Shown piece after piece: positions 47,811-58,453 of a stretch of 64,000 nt of DNA. Position numbers and translations under genes: made by a program. The notes under the pieces were generated by a model. That model had not been told where the DNA came from and searched no databases. It worked only from the letters and a program-made list of their open reading frames with translations. Numbering within the stretch: position 1 is the first letter of the stretch; each line of letters starts with the position of its first letter. The DNA lies in contig JAMLHC010000002.1 of NCBI GenBank assembly GCA_023957335.1, positions 322,809-386,808 on the forward strand. The letters run 5' to 3'. Origin of the DNA: Bacteroidota bacterium (lineage in GTDB: Bacteria; Bacteroidota; Bacteroidia; NS11-12g; UBA955).

Positions 47811-49709
47811 ATGAATTTGATTGTAGCACTCATACCACTTTTGCCTTTAGCCGGTTTCTTAATCAACGGACTGGTAAACAAAAAAATGCCTAAATCATTA
47901 GTTGGGCTTATCGGCAGTAGCACTGTATTGATTTCATTTATTTGTTCCGTTTACCTCTTTTCGCAGCTATTGGGAGATACTCAATCTATTTCAACTAAAT
48001 TATTTGCATGGATACATGCCGGAGGCATCAATTTAGACCTGACATTTTTGGTTGACAGGCTCTCTTCCGTAATGCTGTTGGTGATTACAGGAGTTGGATT
48101 TTTGATACATGTTTACTCTATTGGCTACATGAAAAATGACGAGGATTATCCACGTTATATGGCTTATCTCAATCTATTTGTTTTTTTCATGTTATTGCTC
48201 GTAATGGGCAACAACTATATTGTCATGTTTGCCGGTTGGGAAGGAGTAGGGCTTTGTTCATACCTACTTATTGGGTTTTGGTTCAAGAATACTGCTTACA
48301 ACAATGCAGGGAGAAAAGCATTTGTGATGAATCGTATTGGCGATTTTGGGTTTTTGTTGGGAATATTCCTTATGTACCAAACTTTTGCTACTTTGGACTA
48401 CAAAGAAGTGTTTGAAGCTGCCCAATCCTATCCAAAAGGAACAGCCACTCTCACCGCCATAACACTCCTACTATTTGTAGGTGCTGTTGGAAAAAGTGCT
48501 CAAATCCCTTTATACACTTGGCTCCCTGATGCAATGGCAGGACCAACACCGGTATCTGCTTTGATTCATGCTGCGACTATGGTAACAGCTGGCATATACA
48601 TGGTTGTTCGCAGTAATATCTTATATGCACTCTCGCCTATCAGCAGCGAAATTATTGCTGTCATTGGACTTGCAACAGCATTCATGGCGGCAACCATTGC
48701 AATCAAGCAAAATGATATTAAAAAAGTTTTGGCTTATTCAACAGTCAGCCAACTTGGATATATGTTTGTGGCACTTGGCGTTGGTGCTTATACGACTGGA
48801 TTATTTCATGTGGTTACACACGCTTTTTTTAAGGCACTGTTGTTTTTATGCGCAGGAAGTGTGATCCATGCAATGGGCGGAGAACAGGATATACGCAAAA
48901 TGGGTGGATTGAAAAAGTATATTCCTATTACTCATATTACATTCTTGACGGGTGTGCTTGCTATCATCGGGATGCCCCTATTTTCGGGATTCTTTTCTAA
49001 AGATGAAATACTTGCCGCAACTTGGATTGCCTCGCCTATCATATTTACATTACTTGCGTTGACATCGGTTCTAACAGCTGTCTATATGTTACGTCTGTAT
49101 TGGCTTACTTTCCATGCTAATTTTAGAGGAACACAGCACCAAAAAGAACATTTACATGAATCTCCGTTGAGCATGACCATTCCTTTGATAGCACTTGCAG
49201 TACTGTCTGTTTTGGGCGGTTTCATCGGAATGCCTGATTGGATAAATGAGAAACTCGGCACCCGACATATTTTCAATGACTATGTTGCACCGGTCATCAA
49301 TTCTCCCAAAGAATTTATTGCTTCTCACACTTTTGATTTTTCACTTCTGGCTGGTACTATTATTGGTCTTGCATTGATTTATTACTATACCCGTAAGATC
49401 TATGTTACAGATAATACAGTCCCCGAAGATGATGCTCATACCAAAGGTTTTGCAAAGATTTTGGCAAAGAAATACTATGTGGACGAGGCTTATGATGCTG
49501 TAATCCGCAAACCGCTGGATGCAATTTCGGAAGTGTTTTATAAGGTATTTGACCTGAAAATGATTGATGGACTGGTAAACCAATTGCCAAAGCTGACAAC
49601 AAATTTTGCTGCGGCTTTACGCACCTTGCAATCCGGCAAGCTTGGGTTTTATTTGACCGCCATGGTAATTGGAATAATCTGCATTTTTGTTTTTAAGCTA
49701 CTGATGTAA
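47811..49709 (+). CDS. nuoL: NADH-quinone oxidoreductase subunit L
   Basis: ND5 antiporter-like core. 632 aa. Confidence 0.9.
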   Translation: MNLIVALIPLLPLAGFLINGLVNKKMPKSLVGLIGSSTVLISFICSVYLFSQLLGDTQSISTKLFAWIHAGGINLDLTFLVDRLSSVMLLVITGVGFLIHVYSIGYMKNDEDYPRYMAYLNLFVFFMLLLVMGNNYIVMFAGWEGVGLCSYLLIGFWFKNTAYNNAGRKAFVMNRIGDFGFLLGIFLMYQTFATLDYKEVFEAAQSYPKGTATLTAITLLLFVGAVGKSAQIPLYTWLPDAMAGPTPVSALIHAATMVTAGIYMVVRSNILYALSPISSEIIAVIGLATAFMAATIAIKQNDIKKVLAYSTVSQLGYMFVALGVGAYTTGLFHVVTHAFFKALLFLCAGSVIHAMGGEQDIRKMGGLKKYIPITHITFLTGVLAIIGMPLFSGFFSKDEILAATWIASPIIFTLLALTSVLTAVYMLRLYWLTFHANFRGTQHQKEHLHESPLSMTIPLIALAVLSVLGGFIGMPDWINEKLGTRHIFNDYVAPVINSPKEFIASHTFDFSLLAGTIIGLALIYYYTRKIYVTDNTVPEDDAHTKGFAKILAKKYYVDEAYDAVIRKPLDAISEVFYKVFDLKMIDGLVNQLPKLTTNFAAALRTLQSGKLGFYLTAMVIGIICIFVFKLLM

Positions 49710-51166
49710 TGAATAATATGCTATTGATAATATTACTGTTGCCTTTGGTAAGTATGGTGCTATCACTACTAACTCCGAAAGAAACTACCGCTAAAGTCGC
49801 ATTTGTGATGTCATTACTCAGCACTGCATTTACGTTCTATTTGTTCAGCGTATTTGTACCCGAATCAGGCATGCAATTCATAGTCAGTTTTCCATGGATT
49901 CCTTCATTGGGAATTACATTTAAACTCGGAATGGATGGCATTAGTCTGATGTTGATTGTTTTGACAAACATTCTGACTCCTTTGATTCTACTGTCTTCTT
50001 TCAATCGGAAGATTGAAAATCCCAAACTGTTTTATGCGCTCATACAATTAATGCAATTTGCCATGTTGGGCGTTTTTGTAGCACTAGACGGGTTTTTGTT
50101 TTATATTTTCTGGGAACTTGCGCTGCTTCCAATTTACTTTATTGCTTTGTTGTGGGGCGGCAAAGACAGGATTAGAATTACGCTAAAGTTTTTTATTTAT
50201 ACAATCACCGGCAGTTTGTTTATGCTTGTAGGTTTGATTTATCTTTATTTACAAACTCCCGACAATCACACATTTGATATCAATGCTTTTTATCAATTAC
50301 AATTGAACGCTTCTCAACAAGCATTTGTGTTTTGGACCATTTTTGTTGCATTTGCAGTAAAAATACCCATATTCCCGCTTCACTCATGGCAACCTGACAC
50401 CTATGTTGATGCGCCCACACAAGGCACCATGTTATTATCGGGCATTATGCTCAAAATGGGATTGTATGGCATTTTACGTTGGTTGTTACCGATTGCGCCA
50501 GGTGCAGTTGATGAATATGGTTTTACAGTAATTGTGCTCTGTGTTATCGGAGTGGTATATGCTTCATGTATTGCTATTATTCAGAAGGATTTCAAGCGTT
50601 TGGTTGCTTATGCTTCTATTGCTCACGTTGGATTAATCGCAGCAGGCTTATTTACGCTTAGACAAGAGGCGTTAGAAGGCTCTTTGTTCCAGATGTTAAG
50701 TCACGGTATCAATGCTGTTGGTTTGTTCTTTATTGTCGATATTTTGAGACATAGAATGAAAACATCAACGCTGGCGGAGTTAGGTGGTATAGCCGGGGTT
50801 CAACCCTTTTTTGCCATTTCATTTATGATTATTCTTTTGGGCACCATAGCACTGCCTCTTTTTAATGGTTTTGTGGGTGAATTTCTCATCATGACTAAAA
50901 TATTTGACTATCATGTTTGGATAGGATCTGTTGCTGCTTTGGCAATCATTTTAGGTCCCGTATATATGTTCAGGAGTTACCAAGCCATTATGCTCGGAGA
51001 CAGTCATTTTGATACCAACACGTTTACCCCTCTTACATTGTCAGAAAAAGCCATACTCGGTATTATTTCTTTTTTGGTATTGTTGGGAGGTATCTACCCC
51101 TCTTTGTTGATGGATGTCGCTCGCCCAAGTGTTCAGCAATTACTCAATTTAATCAGTGCCGGATAA
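49709..51166 (+). CDS. nuoM: NADH-quinone oxidoreductase subunit M
   Basis: ND4 antiporter-like core. 485 aa. Confidence 0.9.
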   Translation: MNNMLLIILLLPLVSMVLSLLTPKETTAKVAFVMSLLSTAFTFYLFSVFVPESGMQFIVSFPWIPSLGITFKLGMDGISLMLIVLTNILTPLILLSSFNRKIENPKLFYALIQLMQFAMLGVFVALDGFLFYIFWELALLPIYFIALLWGGKDRIRITLKFFIYTITGSLFMLVGLIYLYLQTPDNHTFDINAFYQLQLNASQQAFVFWTIFVAFAVKIPIFPLHSWQPDTYVDAPTQGTMLLSGIMLKMGLYGILRWLLPIAPGAVDEYGFTVIVLCVIGVVYASCIAIIQKDFKRLVAYASIAHVGLIAAGLFTLRQEALEGSLFQMLSHGINAVGLFFIVDILRHRMKTSTLAELGGIAGVQPFFAISFMIILLGTIALPLFNGFVGEFLIMTKIFDYHVWIGSVAALAIILGPVYMFRSYQAIMLGDSHFDTNTFTPLTLSEKAILGIISFLVLLGGIYPSLLMDVARPSVQQLLNLISAG

Positions 51167-51189
51167 TTTTTAACTAAACAAAAAACAAC

Positions 51190-52566
51190 TTGAATACCAT
51201 AGTCATACTTTCTATCACGGGCATAGCAGCAATGCTTTCGGATGTTTTTAAGTTTAAGAAAATCATTTATGCGTTATCCATATTGGGATTGCTGACAGCA
51301 TTGGTGTTTTCAATACGGGATTGGGGGCTTTTTGCTTCCTATTTCAACAACATGGTACAAACCGATAACTATGCGGTTGTATTTACATCCATGCTCATTG
51401 GGTTCACTACGCTATGGTTTATGATGTCAGCAGACTTCTTTAAAAGTCCAAGCAGTGAAGGCGAACATTTTGCTTTAATCATTTTTGCTCTTACAGGTGG
51501 GGTAATGATGACAAACTTTTCTAACCTTTCCATGTTATTTATCGGTTTGGAGATTCTGTCTATTGCACTCTATATTTTGGCTGGGAGCAATAAATCTAAC
51601 CTCAAGAGCAATGAGGCTGCATTGAAGTATTTTATGATGGGTGCATTTGCAACCGGATTTTTGCTCATGGGTATAGCACTTATTTATGGTGCTACTGCAT
51701 CATTCAATATTCAGGCAATAGCCGATTATATTACACAAAATCAGAGTACGCTACCTTTATACTTTTATGCCGGCATTATCATGATGTTGATTGGTTTGAC
51801 ATTCAAAATATCGGCTGTACCGTTCCATTTTTGGGCACCGGATGTCTATGACGGCTCTCCTACGCCCGTAACCACATTTATGATGAGTGTGGTTAAGATT
51901 GCCGGATTTGCTGCACTCTACAGGTTATTTACTTCTTGTTTTATTGCCGTTGATAATTTCTGGACTCCAATTTTTGCAGGAATGTCAGCACTCACCATGC
52001 TTTTGGGCAATATTACCGCTGTAAGTCAAACCAGCTTCAAGCGCATGTTGGCATATTCCAGCGTGGCACATGCAGGTTATATGTTGATGTCTTTGGCTTC
52101 ACCGGGCGCAACTTCGGGCAATGCACTTGTCTATTATTTGATAGCTTATTCTATTGCTGTAATGGGCGTGATGAACTTTTTGTTTCATTTACATAAAACG
52201 ACAGGCAAAGAAGACATTCAATCTGTTAGAGGTCTGTTTCGCGCTCATCCGCTAACTGCCATCATGTTAAGTATTTGCATATTGAGCATGGCAGGAATAC
52301 CTCCCATGGCAGGATTTTTTGGAAAATACTTCATGTTTATTTCTGCATTAAATGCCAATCTTGTATGGTTGGTAATTATAGCCGTTTTGTGTTCTTTGGT
52401 TGGCATCTTTTACTATTTCAGAGTTATCATTGCTGTGTTTCAAGATGCTGAACATGAACAGCCTGTTTTTTATAATAAAACTTCAAATTTAACAGTGCTT
52501 TATATCTGTGGAGTATTGAGCATTTTAATAGGTATTGCGCCTCAGATATTTGCAAATCTATTATAA
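51190..52566 (+). CDS. nuoN: NADH-quinone oxidoreductase subunit N
   Basis: ND2 antiporter-like core. 458 aa. Last gene of the operon. Confidence 0.9.
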   Translation: MNTIVILSITGIAAMLSDVFKFKKIIYALSILGLLTALVFSIRDWGLFASYFNNMVQTDNYAVVFTSMLIGFTTLWFMMSADFFKSPSSEGEHFALIIFALTGGVMMTNFSNLSMLFIGLEILSIALYILAGSNKSNLKSNEAALKYFMMGAFATGFLLMGIALIYGATASFNIQAIADYITQNQSTLPLYFYAGIIMMLIGLTFKISAVPFHFWAPDVYDGSPTPVTTFMMSVVKIAGFAALYRLFTSCFIAVDNFWTPIFAGMSALTMLLGNITAVSQTSFKRMLAYSSVAHAGYMLMSLASPGATSGNALVYYLIAYSIAVMGVMNFLFHLHKTTGKEDIQSVRGLFRAHPLTAIMLSICILSMAGIPPMAGFFGKYFMFISALNANLVWLVIIAVLCSLVGIFYYFRVIIAVFQDAEHEQPVFYNKTSNLTVLYICGVLSILIGIAPQIFANLL

Positions 52567-52626
52567 CTGTTTGAGTAATTCTGATTCAATCAGTTCCTAA
52601 TTACCAAAAAATTCTCTAAAAAATTC

Positions 52627-52634
52627 TACCTTTG
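52627..52634 (+). promoter_or_regulatory. candidate Bacteroidota sigma-A -7 element (TAccTTTG) upstream of panD
   Basis: Matches the TAnnTTTG consensus 10 nt before the panD ATG. No convincing -33 TTTG at canonical spacing. Confidence 0.3.
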
Positions 52635-52644
52635 CAACCCTTTT

Positions 52645-52989
52645 ATGTACATTCAGGTTTTAAAGTCCAAAATACACGGTGCCAAAGTTACAGAAACCGA
52701 GCTTAACTATATCGGCAGTATCACCATTGATGAAGATTTGATGGATGCTGCCAACATGATTGAGCATGAAAAAGTATTGGTGGTTAACAATAACAATGGT
52801 GAACGTTTTGAAACATATATTATCAAAGGCGCAAGAAAGAGTGGCACTATTGGCATCAATGGGGCTGCTGCCCGCAAAGGAATTAAAGGCGATGTATTGA
52901 TTATCATTTCATTTGCCCAGATGGAATTTGATGAAGCCAAGAAACATAAACCTACTGTCGTTTTCCCAAACGACTTTAATAAAATTTAA
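52645..52989 (+). CDS. panD: aspartate 1-decarboxylase
   Basis: [11 protein letters not shown]...[13 protein letters not shown] with the pyruvoyl-forming Gly-Ser processing site. Confidence 0.9.
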   Translation: MYIQVLKSKIHGAKVTETELNYIGSITIDEDLMDAANMIEHEKVLVVNNNNGERFETYIIKGARKSGTIGINGAAARKGIKGDVLIIISFAQMEFDEAKKHKPTVVFPNDFNKI

Positions 52990-54009
52990 GTGACGCCACA
53001 AAGCAAAAAAATCATCAGAATTACCATCTTCTCACTGATTGGGGCGCTGGTGTTATTTTTAGTTTTTAGAAACATTAACTGGAAACAGTTTCTGCAAGGA
53101 CTCAAACAAGCCAATTTATTCTGGATTGGGACGGCTATGATAGTGGGCGCATTAGGGCATTGGATCAGGGCTGCACGCTGGACCATTATGCTCAAATCTA
53201 TTGGATATAACAGCGCACGTACCTACCCGGGCTTTCTTACTGTGTTGGCGGGCTATCTCATCAATCTTGCCATTCCAAGAGCGGGCGAGATTTCTCGTTG
53301 TGCTTTGATGGGTGACGTGTGCAAAATTCCGGTTCAAAAACTCATTGGGACTGTAGTTACTGAAAGAATTATTGACCTATTGATGACGGTCTTGATTGTT
53401 GTATTGGTTTTATGGCTGCAATTTGACTTGCTTTTCGACTTTACTGACAAGAATATCCTGACCCCATTGTCCCAAAAATTCAAATCATTCTATGAATTCA
53501 GCCTCTTCTACCCTATAGTGTTGTGCATAGTCGCATTTGTATTTGCAGGGTATTATTGGATTGTGAGAAGAAAAAAGAATAAACTCAACTCACAAGAAGG
53601 AAAACTAATTGGGTTTGTCAATGGCATAATCGAGGGTGCAAAAAGTATATTAAAACTCAATAAACCTGTGATTTTCACCTTGCAAACCTTTGCTATATGG
53701 CTCACCTATTTGGGTTCAACCATCAGTATTTTAAAGGCATTTGAGTTTTCACAAAGTGAAGGATTTTTTACAGGTTTGAGTGTATTGCTATTTTCTACCA
53801 TTGGTGTCATTGTGCCCGCACCAGGGGGCGTGGGTAGTATTTGGACAACCCAAAACGGATTGATGGAAATTTATGGTTACTCGCTGGAGCATGCCACTCT
53901 GTTTGCCAGTCTTCTTTTCTTCACTCAGGTGATTGGATTCATCATTTTGGGTACTTTTGCGTTAATTCATCTGAGTATTATGAAAAACAAAATCAATGCG
54001 ACATCCTAA
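52990..54009 (+). CDS. lysylphosphatidylglycerol-synthase-TM-like (UPF0104) membrane protein
   Basis: Eight hydrophobic helices. GTG start abutting the panD stop. Confidence 0.65.
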   Translation: MTPQSKKIIRITIFSLIGALVLFLVFRNINWKQFLQGLKQANLFWIGTAMIVGALGHWIRAARWTIMLKSIGYNSARTYPGFLTVLAGYLINLAIPRAGEISRCALMGDVCKIPVQKLIGTVVTERIIDLLMTVLIVVLVLWLQFDLLFDFTDKNILTPLSQKFKSFYEFSLFYPIVLCIVAFVFAGYYWIVRRKKNKLNSQEGKLIGFVNGIIEGAKSILKLNKPVIFTLQTFAIWLTYLGSTISILKAFEFSQSEGFFTGLSVLLFSTIGVIVPAPGGVGSIWTTQNGLMEIYGYSLEHATLFASLLFFTQVIGFIILGTFALIHLSIMKNKINATS

Positions 54010-54487
54010 ATCCAAAATATTAAGCCTTGAAGATGCTTTAAAAATTATTACTGCACAAAAGACTTTCGGCAAACGCGTAGTATTCACCAATGGTTGCTTT
54101 GACATCCTTCACAGAGGACATTTGGAATACTTGATGGAAGCACGTCAGTTGGGCGATTTTTTGCTTGTGGGCGTAAATTCGGATAATTCGGTGCGCAGAT
54201 TAGGCAAATCACCATCCAGACCATTACAAGACGAACAAGGCAGAGCCTTGGCTATTGCTTCTTTATATTTTGTTGACTTGGTTATCATTTTTGATGAAGA
54301 CACTCCGCACAAACTTATCAGTACTATTCTGCCGGACATCTTGGTAAAAGGTGCAGACTATAATCCCGAAGACATTGTTGGGTATAAAGAAGTAACCGAC
54401 AATGGGGGAACAGTCAAGACCATTCCTTTTATTGAGGGATATTCCACCACTTCGATTGAACAGAAAATTCTGAAAGAAAACAAATAG
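53996..54487 (+). CDS. rfaE2: D-glycero-beta-D-manno-heptose 1-phosphate adenylyltransferase (RfaE domain II / cytidylyltransferase-like)
   Basis: VFTNGCFDILHRGH nucleotidyltransferase motif. 163 aa. Confidence 0.85.
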   Translation: MRHPKSKILSLEDALKIITAQKTFGKRVVFTNGCFDILHRGHLEYLMEARQLGDFLLVGVNSDNSVRRLGKSPSRPLQDEQGRALAIASLYFVDLVIIFDEDTPHKLISTILPDILVKGADYNPEDIVGYKEVTDNGGTVKTIPFIEGYSTTSIEQKILKENK

Positions 54488-54489
54488 AT

Positions 54490-55887
54490 GTGCGAAAGTT
54501 AGCCGCTTTACTTATAACTTGTATTTTTATCGTGGACGCTTTGGCTCAACAAGATTCTTTGTTGCAAAATCAACATTTCATAGTCAAAAAAATCTTCCTC
54601 ATGGGTCAAAAAAAGACTAAGGACGGAATCATCCTGCGGGAGCTTAATTTCAAAGAAGGTGACACGCTGGCAACTTCCAAACTTCCTTTGCTCTTTGAAC
54701 AAAGTAAGAAACAACTGTTGAACACTAACTTGTTCAATGAAGCACAGATTGTGAATGATTCCAACGGAAATGTTTTTGTGGCTGTCAAGGAAGATTGGTA
54801 TATCTATCCTGTTCCTATTCTACAATTTGCAGACCGCAACTTTAACCAATGGTGGCTAAGTAAAGACTTTAACCGGCTTAACTATGGGCTGTGGACATAC
54901 TGGTATAATTTTACCGGCAACGCTGACAAGCTCGCTGTCTTGCTCAACAGCGGCTACACGCATCTGACAAGCATAGCTTATGCGCTACCGTTTATTGACA
55001 GTAAAAAGCATTGGGGAATTGGTTTTGAGGCAAGCTATTCCGCCAACAGAGAAGTTTGGGCAATTCCCAAAGATGACAAGATTGTTTTCTTTTCTGACCG
55101 CAACAGATTTCTGATTTGGCGCAAGGGCATCGGGCTTTATACAACCTATAGAAACAATTTTTTTGACAAACACACACTTAGTTTAACTTTTCAAAACATT
55201 CAGGTTGCAGACACAGTCGTAACTCCCGAAGTGAACAATCGTTTTTTAGCCCAAAGCAAATCATTCATGAATACGCTACGGTTGAATTATAGCTTTATTT
55301 TTGACAAGCGCGATATTCGTGGGTATCCGCTCAAAGGGTATTTTCTGAAAACAACTGCCGAATACAACCTTTACAATCCTGCTAAAAGCTTTAGCACACA
55401 CAATATCAAATTTGGGGTCAATGCCAACATCTATATTCCTTTGTCGGAGAGGGTTTTCACAAACGGAGGCATAACCGCTTCTACGAGTCAGTCTTCATTG
55501 GTTCCTTATACAGATTTCAGGGCTTTGGGATATGAAAATCAATTCGTACGCGGGTATGAATATTATGTGATTGACGGAAAAGATTTTGCTCTGTTTCGAA
55601 GCAACCTGAAATATGCCATAGTCAAAGATAAAAAACATTATTCATGGTCGCTTCCTTCGGCTTTTCGCTCGGTTACTTTTACATGGATGGCGGGATTATT
55701 TTTCGATGCAGGATATGTAAACAGCCCTATAGAATACAAGGGCAACCGCTTGCCAAACACGCTACTTACGGGCTATGGAGTAGGAACTGACTTCATTTTT
55801 TTTTATGACAGGGTGATTAGGCTGGAGTTGTCAAGAAACGGCTTAGGCAAAACAGGTCTCTACTTGAGTTTCTTTGCCCCTCTATAA
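54490..55887 (+). CDS. BamA/TamA-family (Omp85-like) outer membrane protein with a single POTRA domain
   Basis: Signal peptide, POTRA-like region (IVKKIFLMGQKKTKDGIILRELNFKEGD), and a beta-barrel with C-terminal F. Confidence 0.65.
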   Translation: MRKLAALLITCIFIVDALAQQDSLLQNQHFIVKKIFLMGQKKTKDGIILRELNFKEGDTLATSKLPLLFEQSKKQLLNTNLFNEAQIVNDSNGNVFVAVKEDWYIYPVPILQFADRNFNQWWLSKDFNRLNYGLWTYWYNFTGNADKLAVLLNSGYTHLTSIAYALPFIDSKKHWGIGFEASYSANREVWAIPKDDKIVFFSDRNRFLIWRKGIGLYTTYRNNFFDKHTLSLTFQNIQVADTVVTPEVNNRFLAQSKSFMNTLRLNYSFIFDKRDIRGYPLKGYFLKTTAEYNLYNPAKSFSTHNIKFGVNANIYIPLSERVFTNGGITASTSQSSLVPYTDFRALGYENQFVRGYEYYVIDGKDFALFRSNLKYAIVKDKKHYSWSLPSAFRSVTFTWMAGLFFDAGYVNSPIEYKGNRLPNTLLTGYGVGTDFIFFYDRVIRLELSRNGLGKTGLYLSFFAPL

Positions 55888-55940
55888 AACAGATTTGCCG
55901 AACTAACACCCGCTGACAAAAACTTATCTTTGCACACCCT

Positions 55941-57797
55941 ATGAATTACCTATCCGCAGAGAATATTGCCCGAATATTAGGCGAAAGAACACTTTTCGAA
56001 AATATAACTATTGGGATAGAAAAAGGAGATAAAGTTGCACTAGTTGCACCCAACGGAAGCGGAAAAACCTCAATGATGAGAATTTTAGCCGGTTTAGAGC
56101 CTCCGGACAAGGGAAAAGTTGTTACACGCAATGGTATTCGGGTGGCATTGTTAGAGCAAGAACCACATTTTGACCCAAAGAGTACTGTACTGGAAAGTAT
56201 TTTCGAGGGGGACTCCCCTATTGCCAAAGCTGTCAGCGATTACACCGCCAGTCTTGAATCGGGAGATAGTGAAGCCATTCACAAAGCATACGAACAACTT
56301 GATAACCTACAAGCATGGGATTTTGAAGCCAAAGCAGAACAGATTTTGGCAAAATTGAAAATTACACATCTCAAACAACTCACGGGCAACCTTTCAGGTG
56401 GGCAAAAAAGAAGACTTGATTTGGCAAAAGTGCTATTGTCAGAACCCAATTTATTGCTATTAGATGAACCCACTAATCATTTAGATATTGAAATGGTGGA
56501 ATGGCTTGAACAGTATTTAAGCGCAAGTAATATCACTCTTTTTATGATTACCCACGACCGCTATTTCCTTGATAGAGTATGTAATACAATTTTTGAAATG
56601 GATGATAAAAATCTCTATTCATACAAAGGGAATTACAGCTATTTCTTGGAGAAAAGAGAAGAACGCTATGCCAATCTTGCTGCCAACATTGCCAAAGCAA
56701 AAAATCTGTATAGCCGAGAGTTAGAATGGGTGCGCAGACAACCCAAAGCACGTACAACCAAGTCGCAATCACGAGTAGATGCGTTTGCGGTATTGAGTCA
56801 ACAAGCAAACCGAAGAATAGCCGACCGTAAACTGCATCTCAAATCAGACATGATACGCTTGGGAAATAAGGTAATCAATGCAAAGAGTATTGGGGTAAGT
56901 TTTGATGGAGAACATTGGCTGTTTAGCAAATTTTCACACAAATTTCTACCGGGTGAACGGGTTGGGATTATTGGACCCAACGGAAGTGGAAAGTCCACAC
57001 TTATAAAAACCTTAATTGGCAAGCTACCACCAAACGAAGGCACTATAGACACCGGAGACACCGTTGTCATTGGCTATTTTGGACAGGATGGACTGCGGTT
57101 CAAAGAAGGACAACGCATCATTGAATTGGTAAAAGAAATAGCGGAAAATTTTGAACTTCCTGACGGGATGAGTGTCAATGCTGCCCAACTTTTGGAACGA
57201 TTTCTTTTTCCGCGCAACAGCCACTATACACCCATTGAAAAACTGAGTGGTGGCGAAAAACGCAGATTATATTTACTCACCGTTCTGTTGCGAAAACCCA
57301 ATGTACTCATCTTAGACGAGCCTACCAATGACCTGGATTTATTGACCTTGAATGTATTGGAAGATTATCTGGAAAATTTTGGAGGATGTTTGATGATTAT
57401 CTCGCACGACCGTTTCTTTTTGGACAAACTCTGCGACCATCTTTTTGTCTTTGAAACCGATGGAAATATCAAAGACTTCCCCGGAAATTACACACAATAC
57501 AGACAGTATCAGGAAATCAAAGAAACGGATAGTCACGAAATCAAGCCCGTTAAAACCGAAGCTAAAATCATCCCAAAAACAGATTCCAAAAAGAAACTCA
57601 GTTATAAAGAAAAACTTGAATTGGAAAATTTACCCAATGAAATCGCTCAGTTGGAAATCGAAAAAACAAAACTTGCCGATTCGTTGAATGACAGCAGCCT
57701 GTCACATGAACAACTCACACAAATCAGTGCCAAACTCACGTCTATTATCCAAATGATTGACAATAAAGAAATGAGGTGGTTAGAACTCTCTGAATAA
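55941..57797 (+). CDS. ABC-F family ATPase (two nucleotide-binding domains, C-terminal coiled coil)
   Basis: Two Walker A/signature/Walker B sets (APNGSGKTS / LSGGQKRRL / LLLDEPTNHLD, and GPNGSGKST / LSGGEKRRL / LILDEPTNDLD). No TM domain. Confidence 0.85.
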   Translation: MNYLSAENIARILGERTLFENITIGIEKGDKVALVAPNGSGKTSMMRILAGLEPPDKGKVVTRNGIRVALLEQEPHFDPKSTVLESIFEGDSPIAKAVSDYTASLESGDSEAIHKAYEQLDNLQAWDFEAKAEQILAKLKITHLKQLTGNLSGGQKRRLDLAKVLLSEPNLLLLDEPTNHLDIEMVEWLEQYLSASNITLFMITHDRYFLDRVCNTIFEMDDKNLYSYKGNYSYFLEKREERYANLAANIAKAKNLYSRELEWVRRQPKARTTKSQSRVDAFAVLSQQANRRIADRKLHLKSDMIRLGNKVINAKSIGVSFDGEHWLFSKFSHKFLPGERVGIIGPNGSGKSTLIKTLIGKLPPNEGTIDTGDTVVIGYFGQDGLRFKEGQRIIELVKEIAENFELPDGMSVNAAQLLERFLFPRNSHYTPIEKLSGGEKRRLYLLTVLLRKPNVLILDEPTNDLDLLTLNVLEDYLENFGGCLMIISHDRFFLDKLCDHLFVFETDGNIKDFPGNYTQYRQYQEIKETDSHEIKPVKTEAKIIPKTDSKKKLSYKEKLELENLPNEIAQLEIEKTKLADSLNDSSLSHEQLTQISAKLTSIIQMIDNKEMRWLELSE

Positions 57798-57811
57798 ACC
57801 ATCTTTGTACA

Positions 57812-58384
57812 ATGCAATTCAGAACCATAGCGGTCTTTTTCATTCTGTTTTCAACCCTTTCTGTTAAAGGCAATGACAGCATTTTTTCCAAAAACACCAT
57901 ACATTACGGAATAGGTTTAGGCATCAGTGACGGCTTTCAACAAAACGGCTTGGGCTATGGCATAACATCAGGTTATGAGAGAAATATATGGAAAGAACGC
58001 CTGCGCCTCAATATTGCGTTCACCTATGGCTTATTTAGCTCGATTGGAATTAATGATGTGGGAGAACAATATTTCAGTGTACTGACCTTAGAATCAGGTG
58101 TTAAATTTGATTTATTGCGCTACAAAGCAGTTTCATTGGTTGTAGGAATGGGTGTATGTGTCAATCGAGTTTTCGGACTCAAATCTTATCATGACTATTA
58201 TTTAAATTATCGTCATCGTTATTTCGGTGAGGTGAATGGTGCTTTGATTCCCAGTGTAGGCATCAGAATCAATCCCAAGAAAAGCGCAGTTGTTTATGAA
58301 TTTACGCCTATTAATTTTTATATAGGAACACATGAGTTTTTCCAAGAGTATCTAAGATTCGGAATAGGTATTAAGCTACGCTAA
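57812..58384 (+). CDS. hypothetical small outer-membrane beta-barrel-like protein
   Basis: Signal peptide, Gly/aromatic-rich alternating pattern. 190 aa. Confidence 0.4.
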   Translation: MQFRTIAVFFILFSTLSVKGNDSIFSKNTIHYGIGLGISDGFQQNGLGYGITSGYERNIWKERLRLNIAFTYGLFSSIGINDVGEQYFSVLTLESGVKFDLLRYKAVSLVVGMGVCVNRVFGLKSYHDYYLNYRHRYFGEVNGALIPSVGIRINPKKSAVVYEFTPINFYIGTHEFFQEYLRFGIGIKLR

Positions 58385-58453
58385 CTATCGAAAACGAATC
58401 AACCTTATCCAAAACATTTGGATAGGAAATACGAATATTGCACATTCGCAAAC

